A stretch of 64,000 nt of DNA from Escherichia phage RB69: the sequence record NC_004928.1; one strand, written 5' to 3'. Positions within the stretch are counted from its first letter, which is position 1. The number at the start of each line of letters is the position of its first letter. Below the pieces are notes generated by a model that was not told the origin of the DNA, did no database searches, and was given only the letters and a program-made list of their open reading frames with translations. This document shows, piece after piece, positions 47,262 through 56,319 of the stretch. Both the position numbers and the translations under genes were made by a program.

Positions 47262-47731
47262 TTTAAACTCTTTCTAAGCTGCTTTTTGAATGAAGCTATT
47301 AATTGTGTTTTAGTATCAGATTCATTATATTCAAATCCTCTTTGAAGCATCTCAGCCATCATTTCCTCTTTACCTAGTCTTGAGAACTCTTTAGTTTTGT
47401 CTGGAACAAAATTAGGATGGATATTATTATCAGAATAATCTTGTTTCAAATAAGCAAGAAGAGCTTCAAGCCATTCTAAGTAGTCAACGTTTTGTCCTTT
47501 CAAACCGGAACGGTTGAACTTATGCTTCATTTGACCTTCTGCTGCGTTGCACAGATTACAGAGTAATCCACGAACTCTACCGGCTTTTGGCCCGTTTAAT
47601 TCATGGTCGTGGTCAAGATGGTTACCTTGAACATCAGGGTCTAATTCACGGTGGCAAATAGGACACTTACCGTTCTGTGCATCATAAAATTTTTGTTTTT
47701 CTTCTTTATATTTTGCGCCTGATAATAACAT
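47258..47731 (-). CDS. 49: endonuclease VII (Holliday-junction resolvase) gp49
   Basis: 157 aa; near-identical to T4 endo VII as I recall it. Confidence 0.9.
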   Translation of the reverse strand: MLLSGAKYKEEKQKFYDAQNGKCPICHRELDPDVQGNHLDHDHELNGPKAGRVRGLLCNLCNAAEGQMKHKFNRSGLKGQNVDYLEWLEALLAYLKQDYSDNNIHPNFVPDKTKEFSRLGKEEMMAEMLQRGFEYNESDTKTQLIASFKKQLRKSLK

Positions 47732-47737
47732 GATAAA

Positions 47738-47768
47738 CCCTTACCTTAAATAGATAAGGGTATTTATA
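47738..47768 (-). promoter_or_regulatory. late promoter TATAAATA (47761-47768) with hairpin (47738-47760) covering the gene 49 ribosome-binding site
   Basis: minus strand TATAAATAcccttatctatttaaggtaagggtttatcATG; ccctta/taaggg stem includes the AAGG site. Confidence 0.55.
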
Positions 47769-47770
47769 AT

Positions 47771-47950
47771 TTAGTAAACGTTATAAAAGTCTCGATGAAA
47801 ACGTTTATATTGACGAATCATTTTCTTAGTAGGACGTGTTACTGAAATAATTGAAGTAGTCATAGTCGGATTGTTTGGAGCGCCAGTCATAACAAATTTC
47901 CAGGATTTTTGGCCATTTTTTCTTTCACCATAAAATAATTCAGTTTTCAT
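47771..47950 (-). CDS. small basic-tail protein, family member 1
   Basis: 59 aa translated by hand (MKTELFYGERKNGQKSWKFVMTGAPNNPTMTTSIISVTRPTKKMIRQYKRFHRDFYNVY). Confidence 0.4.
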   Translation of the reverse strand: MKTELFYGERKNGQKSWKFVMTGAPNNPTMTTSIISVTRPTKKMIRQYKRFHRDFYNVY

Positions 47951-47959
47951 AATAAACCT

Positions 47960-48373
47960 TTAACTTAAACGTCTTTCTAAATATTCAATGTATTCCGCTG
48001 CGGCTTGCATCAGATTACCTTCATAACCGTCATTATTTTCTTGGGCGGCTAATTTAGCTAAAGCATAAGAAATACGTTCACCTTCGAATTCGCCAAGTCC
48101 ACCATCACAAACTACTTGGTCAATTTCTTCGAGTTCATCTATTGAATGGGATTCCCAGAAGCACCAAAGAGAAGTATCACGGTCATAGATGCAAAGTTTC
48201 TCACCTGTGTTCAACATCACTTCGATAATGCCATGGTCGCCATAACCATCTTCGGTAGTAGTACCAATTACCTTGATGATTGTTCCTTTCTTTAATTCAG
48301 GAAACTTGACTTGTAGTTCTTCATCTTCTTTAACAATCTTGAACCATTTACCGCGAGTTTCAGAAATATTCAT
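47960..48373 (-). CDS. hypothetical acidic protein
   Basis: ORF track extends to 48511; likely start Met47 (MNISETRGKW). Confidence 0.45.
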   Translation of the reverse strand: MNISETRGKWFKIVKEDEELQVKFPELKKGTIIKVIGTTTEDGYGDHGIIEVMLNTGEKLCIYDRDTSLWCFWESHSIDELEEIDQVVCDGGLGEFEGERISYALAKLAAQENNDGYEGNLMQAAAEYIEYLERRLS

Positions 48374-48374
48374 A

Positions 48375-48546
48375 TCAATATTCTCTATAAAAGTTACGAT
48401 GAGAACGTTTAGCTTTGCGAAGCTGACGTTTAGTAGGACGAACTGTAAATGGTTGTCCAGAGAAAAAATTCGGATCGGTTTTAATAAGCAAATACCAATC
48501 ATGTTTGCCATTTTTTTAATAAACGGTACAATAATTTAACTTGCAT
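48375..48546 (-). pseudogene. frameshifted paralogue of 47771..47950, broken at an A7 tract (48511-48517)
   Basis: frame 1 gives MQVKLLYRLLKKWQT then stop; the -1 frame continues KNGKHDWYLLIKTDPNFFSGQPFTVRPTKRQLRKAKRSHRNFYREY; removing one A restores a single ORF. Confidence 0.4.
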
Positions 48547-49028
48547 AATAATCTCTTCCCATTTCCATATCAATTAATTCATTTATTGAAGGTTCATCAT
48601 AACATGGTTCTTCGTCGTTGTAAACCGTTTCGACGTCTGGCTCGACAGTCTCCCATCGAGCAGAATACCACGGTTTAACCCCGGAGTTTATTGAGCTCTT
48701 CATAATCAATCCAGGATTCTAGCCCTGACGGCAGGTCACATTCAATGTTCCACAGAAGCTCTTCAATGGCTTGCAGGCGATTATATTCTTCAACGGTAAT
48801 GGTAACCATTGGTGCAACCGGTTCTGCCTTTTTAACCATCATATCGTTCATCAGGACGTAAAGGTCATCACGAACGACAGTGTCCGTTCCAACCCCATGA
48901 TTTGGCTTCGTAAGCTAATGATGAAGGGAGCACATTTAAAACTTCAAAAATAGTTGGAGCATCAGGACCAAGTTCATTGGCACAAACTTCGTATACATCT
49001 TGGAAATCTTTAAGATTTAATGAATATG

Positions 49029-49292
49029 TCATTTAAAATATTCTCGCAGTTGGTCAAATCCACCAATGTGACTTCCGTCAGGAGCAAACACTTGAGGCAT
49101 AGTCAATCCGACTTGTGATTCACGTCCAAGCTTAACCAGAAGCTCAGCAATTTTCTCATCATCAAAAACACCTTTTTCTGGCATAACATTAATGAATTCG
49201 AACGGCTGTTTCTTAACAGTCAGCAATCGTTTCGCATTATCACAATAAATGCATTTATGAATAGTAGAGTCATACCCGTACACTTTAAACAT
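49029..49292 (-). CDS. nrdC: phage thioredoxin/glutaredoxin NrdC
   Basis: matches T4 NrdC from MFKVYGYDS..CIYCDNAKRLL; ORF track adds five codons upstream. Confidence 0.85.
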   Translation of the reverse strand: MFKVYGYDSTIHKCIYCDNAKRLLTVKKQPFEFINVMPEKGVFDDEKIAELLVKLGRESQVGLTMPQVFAPDGSHIGGFDQLREYFK

Positions 49293-49698
49293 TATTTTTC
49301 CTTTCATCGATTAAATATGCAATGCCAAATACAATACATGTAATAAAACCTGTGATACAGATAGAAACCAACAACACTGTACCAAAGAACCAAATCAAGT
49401 TATCTTTAGTAGTTTGTTTGATATCCATCTCACGAATTTCTATAGCTATCGTATCACCTTTATTCAGAAGCGTATAAAACGATGGTGATACACGCCTGTC
49501 AAAAACTCGTCCTTGCTCATCTTTATAGACTGCAATAAATTCTAATTTAGAATATTTTCCTGTAGATTGGCCTGAGATTAATTCCACTACCTCCACAGGA
49601 ATTACTTTAGTTTCCATGTAAGTATTCTGGCTGTTCCAAATGAATGGAATAATAGCAAAAACTAAAGCTGCGATAAAACAACGAAGGCTATATCTCAT
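49285..49698 (-). CDS. membrane protein
   Basis: 137 aa; N- and C-terminal hydrophobic helices. Confidence 0.45.
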   Translation of the reverse strand: MRYSLRCFIAALVFAIIPFIWNSQNTYMETKVIPVEVVELISGQSTGKYSKLEFIAVYKDEQGRVFDRRVSPSFYTLLNKGDTIAIEIREMDIKQTTKDNLIWFFGTVLLVSICITGFITCIVFGIAYLIDERKNNV

Positions 49699-50003
49699 TA
49701 TAATGTTCTCTCAAATTTGTGGAAGCATTTACGGCATTTCAATTTCAAGTTATCAGTGGTCCAGTTAACCAGTTGGACTTGGATAGTTCCACATTCCGGA
49801 TATGGATGGTTTGATGCCGATTTGGCAGCATTTTCACGTCGTTCAACCATTTTCATTATTTCGTTCCATGCTGGAGGAACGAACTCTTCTTCACCATGAA
49901 TTTTATCTCGCTGAACAAATTCAATCTTTGAACTATCGTCAATAAACTTAACCAAGCCATGATTAGTGCTCATATCAATATCCTCTAAAAGACGTAGTTT
50001 CAT
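49698..50003 (-). CDS. hypothetical protein, possible zinc-binding C-terminus
   Basis: 101 aa; C-terminal Cys/His pairs. Confidence 0.4.
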   Translation of the reverse strand: MKLRLLEDIDMSTNHGLVKFIDDSSKIEFVQRDKIHGEEEFVPPAWNEIMKMVERRENAAKSASNHPYPECGTIQVQLVNWTTDNLKLKCRKCFHKFERTL

Positions 50004-50947
50004 TATAACACCTCAATGGCATTTCGTAAACCATCCGCTTTCGCATTCAGAGCTTTTAACGATTTAGTTTGTTCTGCAATCTGGGCTTCGACTTCTTTCA
50101 GACGAGATTTGAGATATTCGCGTTCTTCTCTTAAGTTATCAACCTTTTCTGCTTTAGGTTCTTTAATAGGCTTAAACACATTAGGGTTCTTCAGTTTAAT
50201 TTTAATTCGAGAACTGAATAACATTGAACCGTTATCTTCGGTTTCACTGTGCATTTCTACCACGTCCATGATTCTTAACATCATGCGAAGTTTATAAGAC
50301 AGCGAACGAACGGTTTTATTGTGCTTCTTAATTTCTTCAGCTTTCATGGTGCCGAGATTACGTGAGTAATAATAAGGAACCTGAATATCAATTGATAATG
50401 ATGCGGTACCATTACCGGTTGGTTTGAACACTGCAGTAACCCAATCTTTAACATGAACTTTATTTGTACGATCATCGCCGCCAGTGAATAATTTACAAGA
50501 ATGTTTAAAAAGCATATTCACTTGGTTATTGAATTCACAAGCAAATTTATCAGCAAATTTAGTTTCAGGAATGGTAGAGAACCAATCAGCTAAATGAGTC
50601 TTTTTAACATCATTAACAATAGTGAATTCAACCAAATCGGTTTTAGATGTCACAGATTTAATAAAGCTCGGCTTCATAAAGTTTTTGATGTTATCACGAG
50701 CTACAGTAGAAGATAATAAACGAGAACGTTTGAACCATTGAAGCAGTGTCCCTAATGAATGAGAATACGCATTCTGAGTATCTTTACAGATATGATTTTC
50801 TTGGCCCGTGTATGTACCAAAATCGCGAAGAATACCACTTACTACATCTCGGTGTGGAACATCAAATCCTAGTGCACCAACAGCGCGCTGGGCATGAACG
50901 TTAGCGATAAGACCGGCAAAGTATTCAATGTAATGTGAACGTGTCAT
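50003..50947 (-). CDS. hypothetical protein
   Basis: 314-aa ORF, coiled-coil C-terminus. Confidence 0.5.
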   Translation of the reverse strand: MTRSHYIEYFAGLIANVHAQRAVGALGFDVPHRDVVSGILRDFGTYTGQENHICKDTQNAYSHSLGTLLQWFKRSRLLSSTVARDNIKNFMKPSFIKSVTSKTDLVEFTIVNDVKKTHLADWFSTIPETKFADKFACEFNNQVNMLFKHSCKLFTGGDDRTNKVHVKDWVTAVFKPTGNGTASLSIDIQVPYYYSRNLGTMKAEEIKKHNKTVRSLSYKLRMMLRIMDVVEMHSETEDNGSMLFSSRIKIKLKNPNVFKPIKEPKAEKVDNLREEREYLKSRLKEVEAQIAEQTKSLKALNAKADGLRNAIEVL

Positions 50948-50963
50948 AATGTTTTCCTCTCGT

Positions 50964-51010
50964 TAAGATAGAAAGATTATACTCCAACCATCCTTGGTTG
51001 TAAACTGTTT
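50964..51010. repeat. about 48-bp direct repeat, copy 2 (first copy at 8891..8938)
   Basis: same sequence as copy 1 read by eye. Confidence 0.6.
50976..51005 (-). promoter_or_regulatory. early promoter (GTTTACA, 17 nt, TATAAT) within the repeat
   Basis: identical to the 8904..8933 cassette. Confidence 0.55.
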
Positions 51011-51069
51011 TTATGATTTTAATGCATTCATTGCGTTAAAAAGTTTAGAATACTGCAACTGGAGATTCG

Positions 51070-51972
51070 TTACAACACTTTGAGCATCACGGAGCTTAGC
51101 TTGTGCCTTGTCCAGTTCAACAGACAGTTGGTCCACGGGGGCTTTGATTTGGTTGTAATGGTAATCTTCGGCCGGAAGAAGGCATTAGAACATTTAGTTT
51201 TACTGCCGACAGTTTGCACACATTTGGCAACCTTTAACATACCAGGTTGTGCCGGAGCTGGAGAATATGCACCTAAGACTTCGGCATTACCAACTGGTGT
51301 TGCAGTAATTGACGCTTCGAACGTTGCATTTTCCTTTTTAAGATTTTGATAGTATTCAGAGTCTTTGTGCCACCATGGCGCAGGAACCTTTTTACCAATA
51401 GATACACGAGCCTGGATAGCAATATGACCCTTATTCTTGATGGGGTCGATAATATTAAGCTCACGAGAATAAATTGCTTTAATCTGGTGGATATTATCAC
51501 CTAACACTTCCAACGCTTGGTGGAATACACGAGCAACGTTATCATTCTTAGGTTTATACGTAAGAGTGAACTCATTCTCACTGATAACCATGATTTCCAA
51601 CTTATCGTAAGTATATTTCAAATGTTTCATGTTAATTGCTTGAGGACGAATACGAGAAGCAATGGCCAACAGATTGTTAAGGTTATTTCTGAACTGTTTA
51701 GCAAAATATTGTCCGTAGCCGCCGATACAAAAATTACGAAGTTTCTGTTTGGCTAATAAACGGCTGAACTCACCATTTTTAATGAACTCTTTAACGGGTG
51801 TGTTAGTAACGCATTCAAATTGAGTAAACTTACGAGAATTAATCCCATAATATGAACAGATTTCCTCAATCTCTTCAGGAGTCTTTACAGGCATACGGAT
51901 AGGATTAGGTCCTGGAGTATATGCGTTCGAGGTAAATTCTTTGATAAGTTCTCTACGTGTAATAGAAGCCAT
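51070..51972 (-). CDS. hypothetical protein
   Basis: 300-aa ORF. Confidence 0.5.
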   Translation of the reverse strand: MASITRRELIKEFTSNAYTPGPNPIRMPVKTPEEIEEICSYYGINSRKFTQFECVTNTPVKEFIKNGEFSRLLAKQKLRNFCIGGYGQYFAKQFRNNLNNLLAIASRIRPQAINMKHLKYTYDKLEIMVISENEFTLTYKPKNDNVARVFHQALEVLGDNIHQIKAIYSRELNIIDPIKNKGHIAIQARVSIGKKVPAPWWHKDSEYYQNLKKENATFEASITATPVGNAEVLGAYSPAPAQPGMLKVAKCVQTVGSKTKCSNAFFRPKITITTKSKPPWTNCLLNWTRHKLSSVMLKVL

Positions 51973-51997
51973 TTTATATTCCTCATGTTGAAAAATT

Positions 51998-52028
51998 TAT
52001 TATACTCCAACCATCCTTGGTTGTACAT
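51998..52028 (-). promoter_or_regulatory. early promoter cassette, third copy of the tccaaccatccttgg family
   Basis: minus strand TGTACAACCAAGGATGGTTGGAGTATAAT. Confidence 0.5.
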
Positions 52029-53023
52029 CATTCCTTAAGAAGTTTTACTACTTGAATAAGATTAGCTCGTTCTGTTTTATTTTTACCGTTTAAGCCTGCT
52101 AATCGTGAGATTTCATCGTCAGTCTGTTGAATAGTTACATTAAGTTCGTTAATCAAAGCTTCAAAGTATTTGATTTGCTCAGCATGTTTTGATTCAAATT
52201 TCTGAACCGGAATAACGTCTTGGTTTAGTTCGTCAATAAGGTCTTTAAGAGCATCTTCTTGGTTGATATCATATTCAACTTCTTTTATTTCTTCAACGAG
52301 CTCGTCTTTATATCTAACGTCTTTTAGTCCTGGTGCTGGTCCTGAAATCTCTTCTTTAAGAGTACAAACATACCCAATACGGTATCCAATGCCGTCTCGC
52401 TTGATATCAACTTCGTCGATAAATCCACAATGTTTAAGACCAGAGCCGATTAGGTTAAAATATCCTTGACGTCGTCCTTCAAACGTTACACGAACTACTA
52501 AGACGGTTTTGCCACCGACCTTTTGAAGCTCACATTTATAAAAGTCAGTTGAACCTGAATAACGTGGATGAGTTTTAAAGTTCATCTGACGATCTAGGCC
52601 CATTTGTAAACGTGCTGATACGGCCAGAAAACGTGTTTGGTTCTCGTTAAGATGAGCAACAATCTGTTTCAAAGGCATTTTACCCTGTTCACGTCCGAAC
52701 AAATCAGTACGTCCTAGATTACGCAGGATGTTGTTAGAGTTAATCATCGACAGAACGTTAAGTTTATTCAGCGCGCTGAAGATTCCATCAGCCATTGATT
52801 TTCCATAACCTTTACACGCTTTAATAAGTGCTCGCGGCAGATTAGTATAGATTTCAGACGGCATATGAAAATCAAATTTACTAGTCAGTAATTGATGAAC
52901 TTGGATAGCAATTTGCTCATAATTAAGTGCTCTGCGATCGTTATGGTCTTTAAACCACACTTTAATCTGTGAAGCACATAAACCGTTAATTTCATGTTTT
53001 ACCGCATCAGATGTAATGCTCAT
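52028..53023 (-). CDS. hypothetical protein
   Basis: 331-aa ORF. Confidence 0.5.
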   Translation of the reverse strand: MSITSDAVKHEINGLCASQIKVWFKDHNDRRALNYEQIAIQVHQLLTSKFDFHMPSEIYTNLPRALIKACKGYGKSMADGIFSALNKLNVLSMINSNNILRNLGRTDLFGREQGKMPLKQIVAHLNENQTRFLAVSARLQMGLDRQMNFKTHPRYSGSTDFYKCELQKVGGKTVLVVRVTFEGRRQGYFNLIGSGLKHCGFIDEVDIKRDGIGYRIGYVCTLKEEISGPAPGLKDVRYKDELVEEIKEVEYDINQEDALKDLIDELNQDVIPVQKFESKHAEQIKYFEALINELNVTIQQTDDEISRLAGLNGKNKTERANLIQVVKLLKE

Positions 53024-53085
53024 AACTATTTCCTCAGATTGAATTGGAACTCAAAACCATTATAACCCGTCCTTGGGTAAAGCGT

Positions 53086-53613
53086 TTATGCGTGAACCGT
53101 CTTTAAACGTTCTTCAAATTTCCGAAGAGTACTAATACGTTCTGCTTTCTGTTTTGTATAGTTTGCAATACGTTCTGAAGTGAGAGCGTATCGTTCGTTT
53201 ACTGTTTCTTTCATGAAGTCAGGGATTTCACGAGAATCTCCAATTTCATCAAACTTATCGAGTACTGCCTGGTCTTCAGCAATTAAATTTTCGTACATCT
53301 CGATATCTTTCTTAATAAACTCGATATCTTCCTGGGTTACTTTGGATAAACGAGATGCTTTATCCTTTTTGTGCTGTTCGTTAGTTTCACGAGACCAGAA
53401 TAATGTACGTTTTTTGTTAGTGTTTTTGTAGACTTCCACAATTCCAACTGAATCGATGATAACAATCCAATTCCAGCGAGATTTGAAAATCTGACCTCCG
53501 TCCACGGTAATCTCGTTACCATAAGCAACGTCATTAAAGAACTTGCTTTGTGCTTCAGATTTAAATTTACCGTCGTTATAATTTACCAGGTTGAAAATAT
53601 CTTTAGCGTTCAT
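53086..53613 (-). CDS. hypothetical protein
   Basis: 175-aa ORF. Confidence 0.5.
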   Translation of the reverse strand: MNAKDIFNLVNYNDGKFKSEAQSKFFNDVAYGNEITVDGGQIFKSRWNWIVIIDSVGIVEVYKNTNKKRTLFWSRETNEQHKKDKASRLSKVTQEDIEFIKKDIEMYENLIAEDQAVLDKFDEIGDSREIPDFMKETVNERYALTSERIANYTKQKAERISTLRKFEERLKTVHA

Positions 53614-53640
53614 GTTTTACCTCCAGTAGTTGATAGGTCT

Positions 53641-53669
53641 ATAATAACATAACCATAGACCTTGTAAAC
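53641..53669 (-). promoter_or_regulatory. early promoter (GTTTAC, 17 nt, TATTAT), ggtctat cassette
   Basis: minus strand GTTTACaaggtctatggttatgtTATTATagacc. Confidence 0.5.
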
Positions 53670-53671
53670 AA

Positions 53672-53947
53672 CTAAAAGAAACTTTTTTCGGTATTTTTTC
53701 CACTGAACCAAACTGACTTCGGGATTTTTTGTAATTTTTCAGATTTAAGTTTCTCTTCCTGTTCTTTCTTATATACACCCTTGTCGTACTGGAGCATCTC
53801 TAGGGCATTCTTTTGCAAACGATCTAAGGTAATTAAGGCTTTAGTTTTTCCTTTCAAGGAAGAGTCTTGGCGAACCTCCTCGCTATATTGTTCTGTTGCA
53901 CTAATCATACGATGGGCATATAATTCACGACGGGCTTGGATATTCAT
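53672..53947 (-). CDS. hypothetical protein
   Basis: 91-aa ORF. Confidence 0.4.
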   Translation of the reverse strand: MNIQARRELYAHRMISATEQYSEEVRQDSSLKGKTKALITLDRLQKNALEMLQYDKGVYKKEQEEKLKSEKLQKIPKSVWFSGKNTEKSFF

Positions 53948-53997
53948 AATTTCCTCATTTCAGTAAAGTAACTTCCGAGATTTCCTCCCAACCATCT

Positions 53998-54948
53998 TTA
54001 TCCAGTTGAAATAAAATCTGCTACATAAAGAGCCGTACGTAATGATACATTGCGAAGACGAGATACGTTAGCCTTCATCCAGGACAATGCTTTGTACGTT
54101 TCTGCATCCGTCAGGCCACGTTTCTGCATCATGTCAGTAGATAATATTACATCTTCAACTCTGACCATAATCTCTTCATTAGAGTGTACTCCAAGGTCCA
54201 AATACACTGAACGAGATACTAAAGCTTGAAGGTGTGGAGCAAGTTTCGAACCGCGTTCTAACTCTTTATCGATATCAACGTTTGTAATGAAAACGATAGT
54301 ACCTTCAAACTCAAATTCTTTATCGATACCCTTATCATCAAGATAAGATGATGCAGTGCTCCAGCAAACTTTGCGTTTATCACCAGTATCTAATGCGGCT
54401 TTAAGAAGGTTCAAGATATCCATATCTGAGAATACGTCAACGTCGTCGATTAAGAGAACACTGTCTGCATCACGGTTGAGCCAAAGTTGTTCGTAAAGGC
54501 CAATACCAGAGATTTTGCCATTAATGCTTTTGTATTTGATGAAACCATTATCATTAGCATTATTAAGCGCTTTATCCAGAGAATACGTCTTACCAATACC
54601 TGCTGCACCTGAAATAATGAGTGAACGAATTTTGCCATCAATAATGCCATTCGTCATCATGTTCATTACTTTAAAGCGTTTGTTGATACGAGTTTTCATA
54701 TCTTCAGCGCTTTCAACAACTGCAACTGGTGATGTCTCAACTCCTTCCATTACGATGTCTGATTTGAAGACCCATACTCCACGTTCAGAACCATCAATCA
54801 TACCGAAAATTTTACCGTCACCTAAGTGGGAACATTCAGGATTAAGCTTTGCCGGGAACCATGTCTTTGTGGCAACATAAGAACCAGAGATTTCGTTATT
54901 ACGATAGATACCTTTTTTGATTTGAACGTTGAACATTTTATTCTCCAA
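53998..54948 (-). CDS. P-loop ATPase (AAA-like)
   Basis: 316 aa; Walker A SGAAGIGKT and Walker B VLLIDDVD. Confidence 0.55.
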   Translation of the reverse strand: MENKMFNVQIKKGIYRNNEISGSYVATKTWFPAKLNPECSHLGDGKIFGMIDGSERGVWVFKSDIVMEGVETSPVAVVESAEDMKTRINKRFKVMNMMTNGIIDGKIRSLIISGAAGIGKTYSLDKALNNANDNGFIKYKSINGKISGIGLYEQLWLNRDADSVLLIDDVDVFSDMDILNLLKAALDTGDKRKVCWSTASSYLDDKGIDKEFEFEGTIVFITNVDIDKELERGSKLAPHLQALVSRSVYLDLGVHSNEEIMVRVEDVILSTDMMQKRGLTDAETYKALSWMKANVSRLRNVSLRTALYVADFISTG

Positions 54949-54975
54949 ATTTACTCATTTCGTTTCGATAGGTCT

Positions 54976-55004
54976 ATAATAACATGTTTAAAGCAAAAGT
55001 AAAC
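54976..55004 (-). promoter_or_regulatory. early promoter (GTTTAC, 17 nt, TATTAT)
   Basis: minus strand GTTTACttttgctttaaacatgtTATTATagacc. Confidence 0.5.
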
Positions 55005-55006
55005 AA

Positions 55007-55225
55007 TTATTTGCGACGAGATTTTTTGGTAAGAGGTTGAAAGAACACTGCTTTACCAGCAGGAGTCAAAGTGACTCGTAATGCATTACCGATTCCCAAG
55101 GATGCTTTAACCAGACCTTTAGATTTCAGTTCACCGAATGCTTGACGTTGGTCTGCATCACGAGTGTTAACCATAAGACCTTTATCACCAGCTTCACGAA
55201 TCATTTCTAACATTTTGGTTTTCAT
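55007..55225 (-). CDS. small helix-turn-helix-like protein
   Basis: ORF track extends to 55282 through the promoter cassette; likely start Met20 (MKTKMLEMIREAGDKGL) after GAGGAG. Confidence 0.4.
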   Translation of the reverse strand: MKTKMLEMIREAGDKGLMVNTRDADQRQAFGELKSKGLVKASLGIGNALRVTLTPAGKAVFFQPLTKKSRRK

Positions 55226-55253
55226 TTTGTTCTCCTCTTGTTTTGATAGGTCT

Positions 55254-55281
55254 ATAATAACATATCCTAAAAGCATGTACA
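55254..55281 (-). promoter_or_regulatory. early promoter (TGTACA, 16 nt, TATTAT)
   Basis: ctcctcttgttttgataggtctataataa cassette, same as at 6795-6830. Confidence 0.45.
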
Positions 55282-55310
55282 CTACTTTTTAAAAATATTT
55301 TGACCCCCTA

Positions 55311-55328
55311 AAGGGCCCGAAGGCCCTT
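55311..55328 (-). promoter_or_regulatory. stable UUCG-tetraloop hairpin just after the 55330..56319 stop
   Basis: aagggcc-cgaa-ggccctt; no clear U-tract. Confidence 0.4.
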
Positions 55329-55329
55329 A

Positions 55330-56319
55330 TCATTTATAGTACGAATTGTGGTTTTCTAAGTAGACTTGTTCAAGGAAGTCGTCCCAGAAACTCATATCTA
55401 CTTTTTGCTGCATACCGTTCTTAGCAGCTTGTTCTGCCGCATGTTCAACTTGGTCAACGATATCTTCTAAGAATTCCTGTACGGTTTTAAACGTATGTTT
55501 ACCAAGCTTAACATCGAGAATAAATGGAGCATCCTGAAGCGGGTAAACCAGGTCGCCGGTTTTGTAAATTTCTAAGAGCTGAAGTCCACCACGGCATGCA
55601 TGACTCAATGCTTTCCAGTCAATACCTTCGTTAGCTTCTGCCTTACGAGCACGTTCACCATAGTTCTCTTCCAGTTTAACCAGGATGGCATTGAACTCTT
55701 TATTGGTTAACGTATCTTGGAATTTACGGTCTAACAGATTATAGAATGTTTGCTTACCTGTTTTCTCGTTTTCAGTTTCAACCCACGAAGCAAATTCACC
55801 TACAGGCAGAACATTCTTCATATGTGATAAACGAATTACTGCACCATTATCAAAGTATTGTCCCCATTCATTAGAACGTTTAAGGGCTTGACGAAGAACA
55901 GCCAGTCGAGAACCCTTGACACCGTATTTAGAAGCTTGCTTACGGACATACCCTAAATAAGATTTCATGTTAGTGGTATAGAAACGAGACCTGTTATCTT
56001 GAATATACTTCCATACATCAGGCAAATCAGATTTAACTACTAGACTTTGTGGAGTGTGAAGCATATCTAATGCGACGGTTTCACCATCTGCAGCTAGTTT
56101 AAAGAAATATTTGAGACTATACAGCTCATGGTCCACGTCGTCTTTTGTGTTCTTAGAAGCAGTGTTATTCGTGTTCTTGCTCATGTGTTCTTTAACGTTA
56201 CCGGTCAAGATATCACGAGCATGAGGGACATAAATTTCTTTAAAATCAACGTCAGATTCAGGAGTAGACGTTCCATAAAGGTGGCTACCAAAGTAGCCTT
56301 TCATAATTGTTTTCATCAT
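55330..56319 (-). CDS. polymerase-beta-superfamily nucleotidyltransferase-fold protein
   Basis: 329 aa; N-terminal GSHLYGTSTPESDVDF fits the minimal nucleotidyltransferase motif. Confidence 0.5.
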   Translation of the reverse strand: MMKTIMKGYFGSHLYGTSTPESDVDFKEIYVPHARDILTGNVKEHMSKNTNNTASKNTKDDVDHELYSLKYFFKLAADGETVALDMLHTPQSLVVKSDLPDVWKYIQDNRSRFYTTNMKSYLGYVRKQASKYGVKGSRLAVLRQALKRSNEWGQYFDNGAVIRLSHMKNVLPVGEFASWVETENEKTGKQTFYNLLDRKFQDTLTNKEFNAILVKLEENYGERARKAEANEGIDWKALSHACRGGLQLLEIYKTGDLVYPLQDAPFILDVKLGKHTFKTVQEFLEDIVDQVEHAAEQAAKNGMQQKVDMSFWDDFLEQVYLENHNSYYK

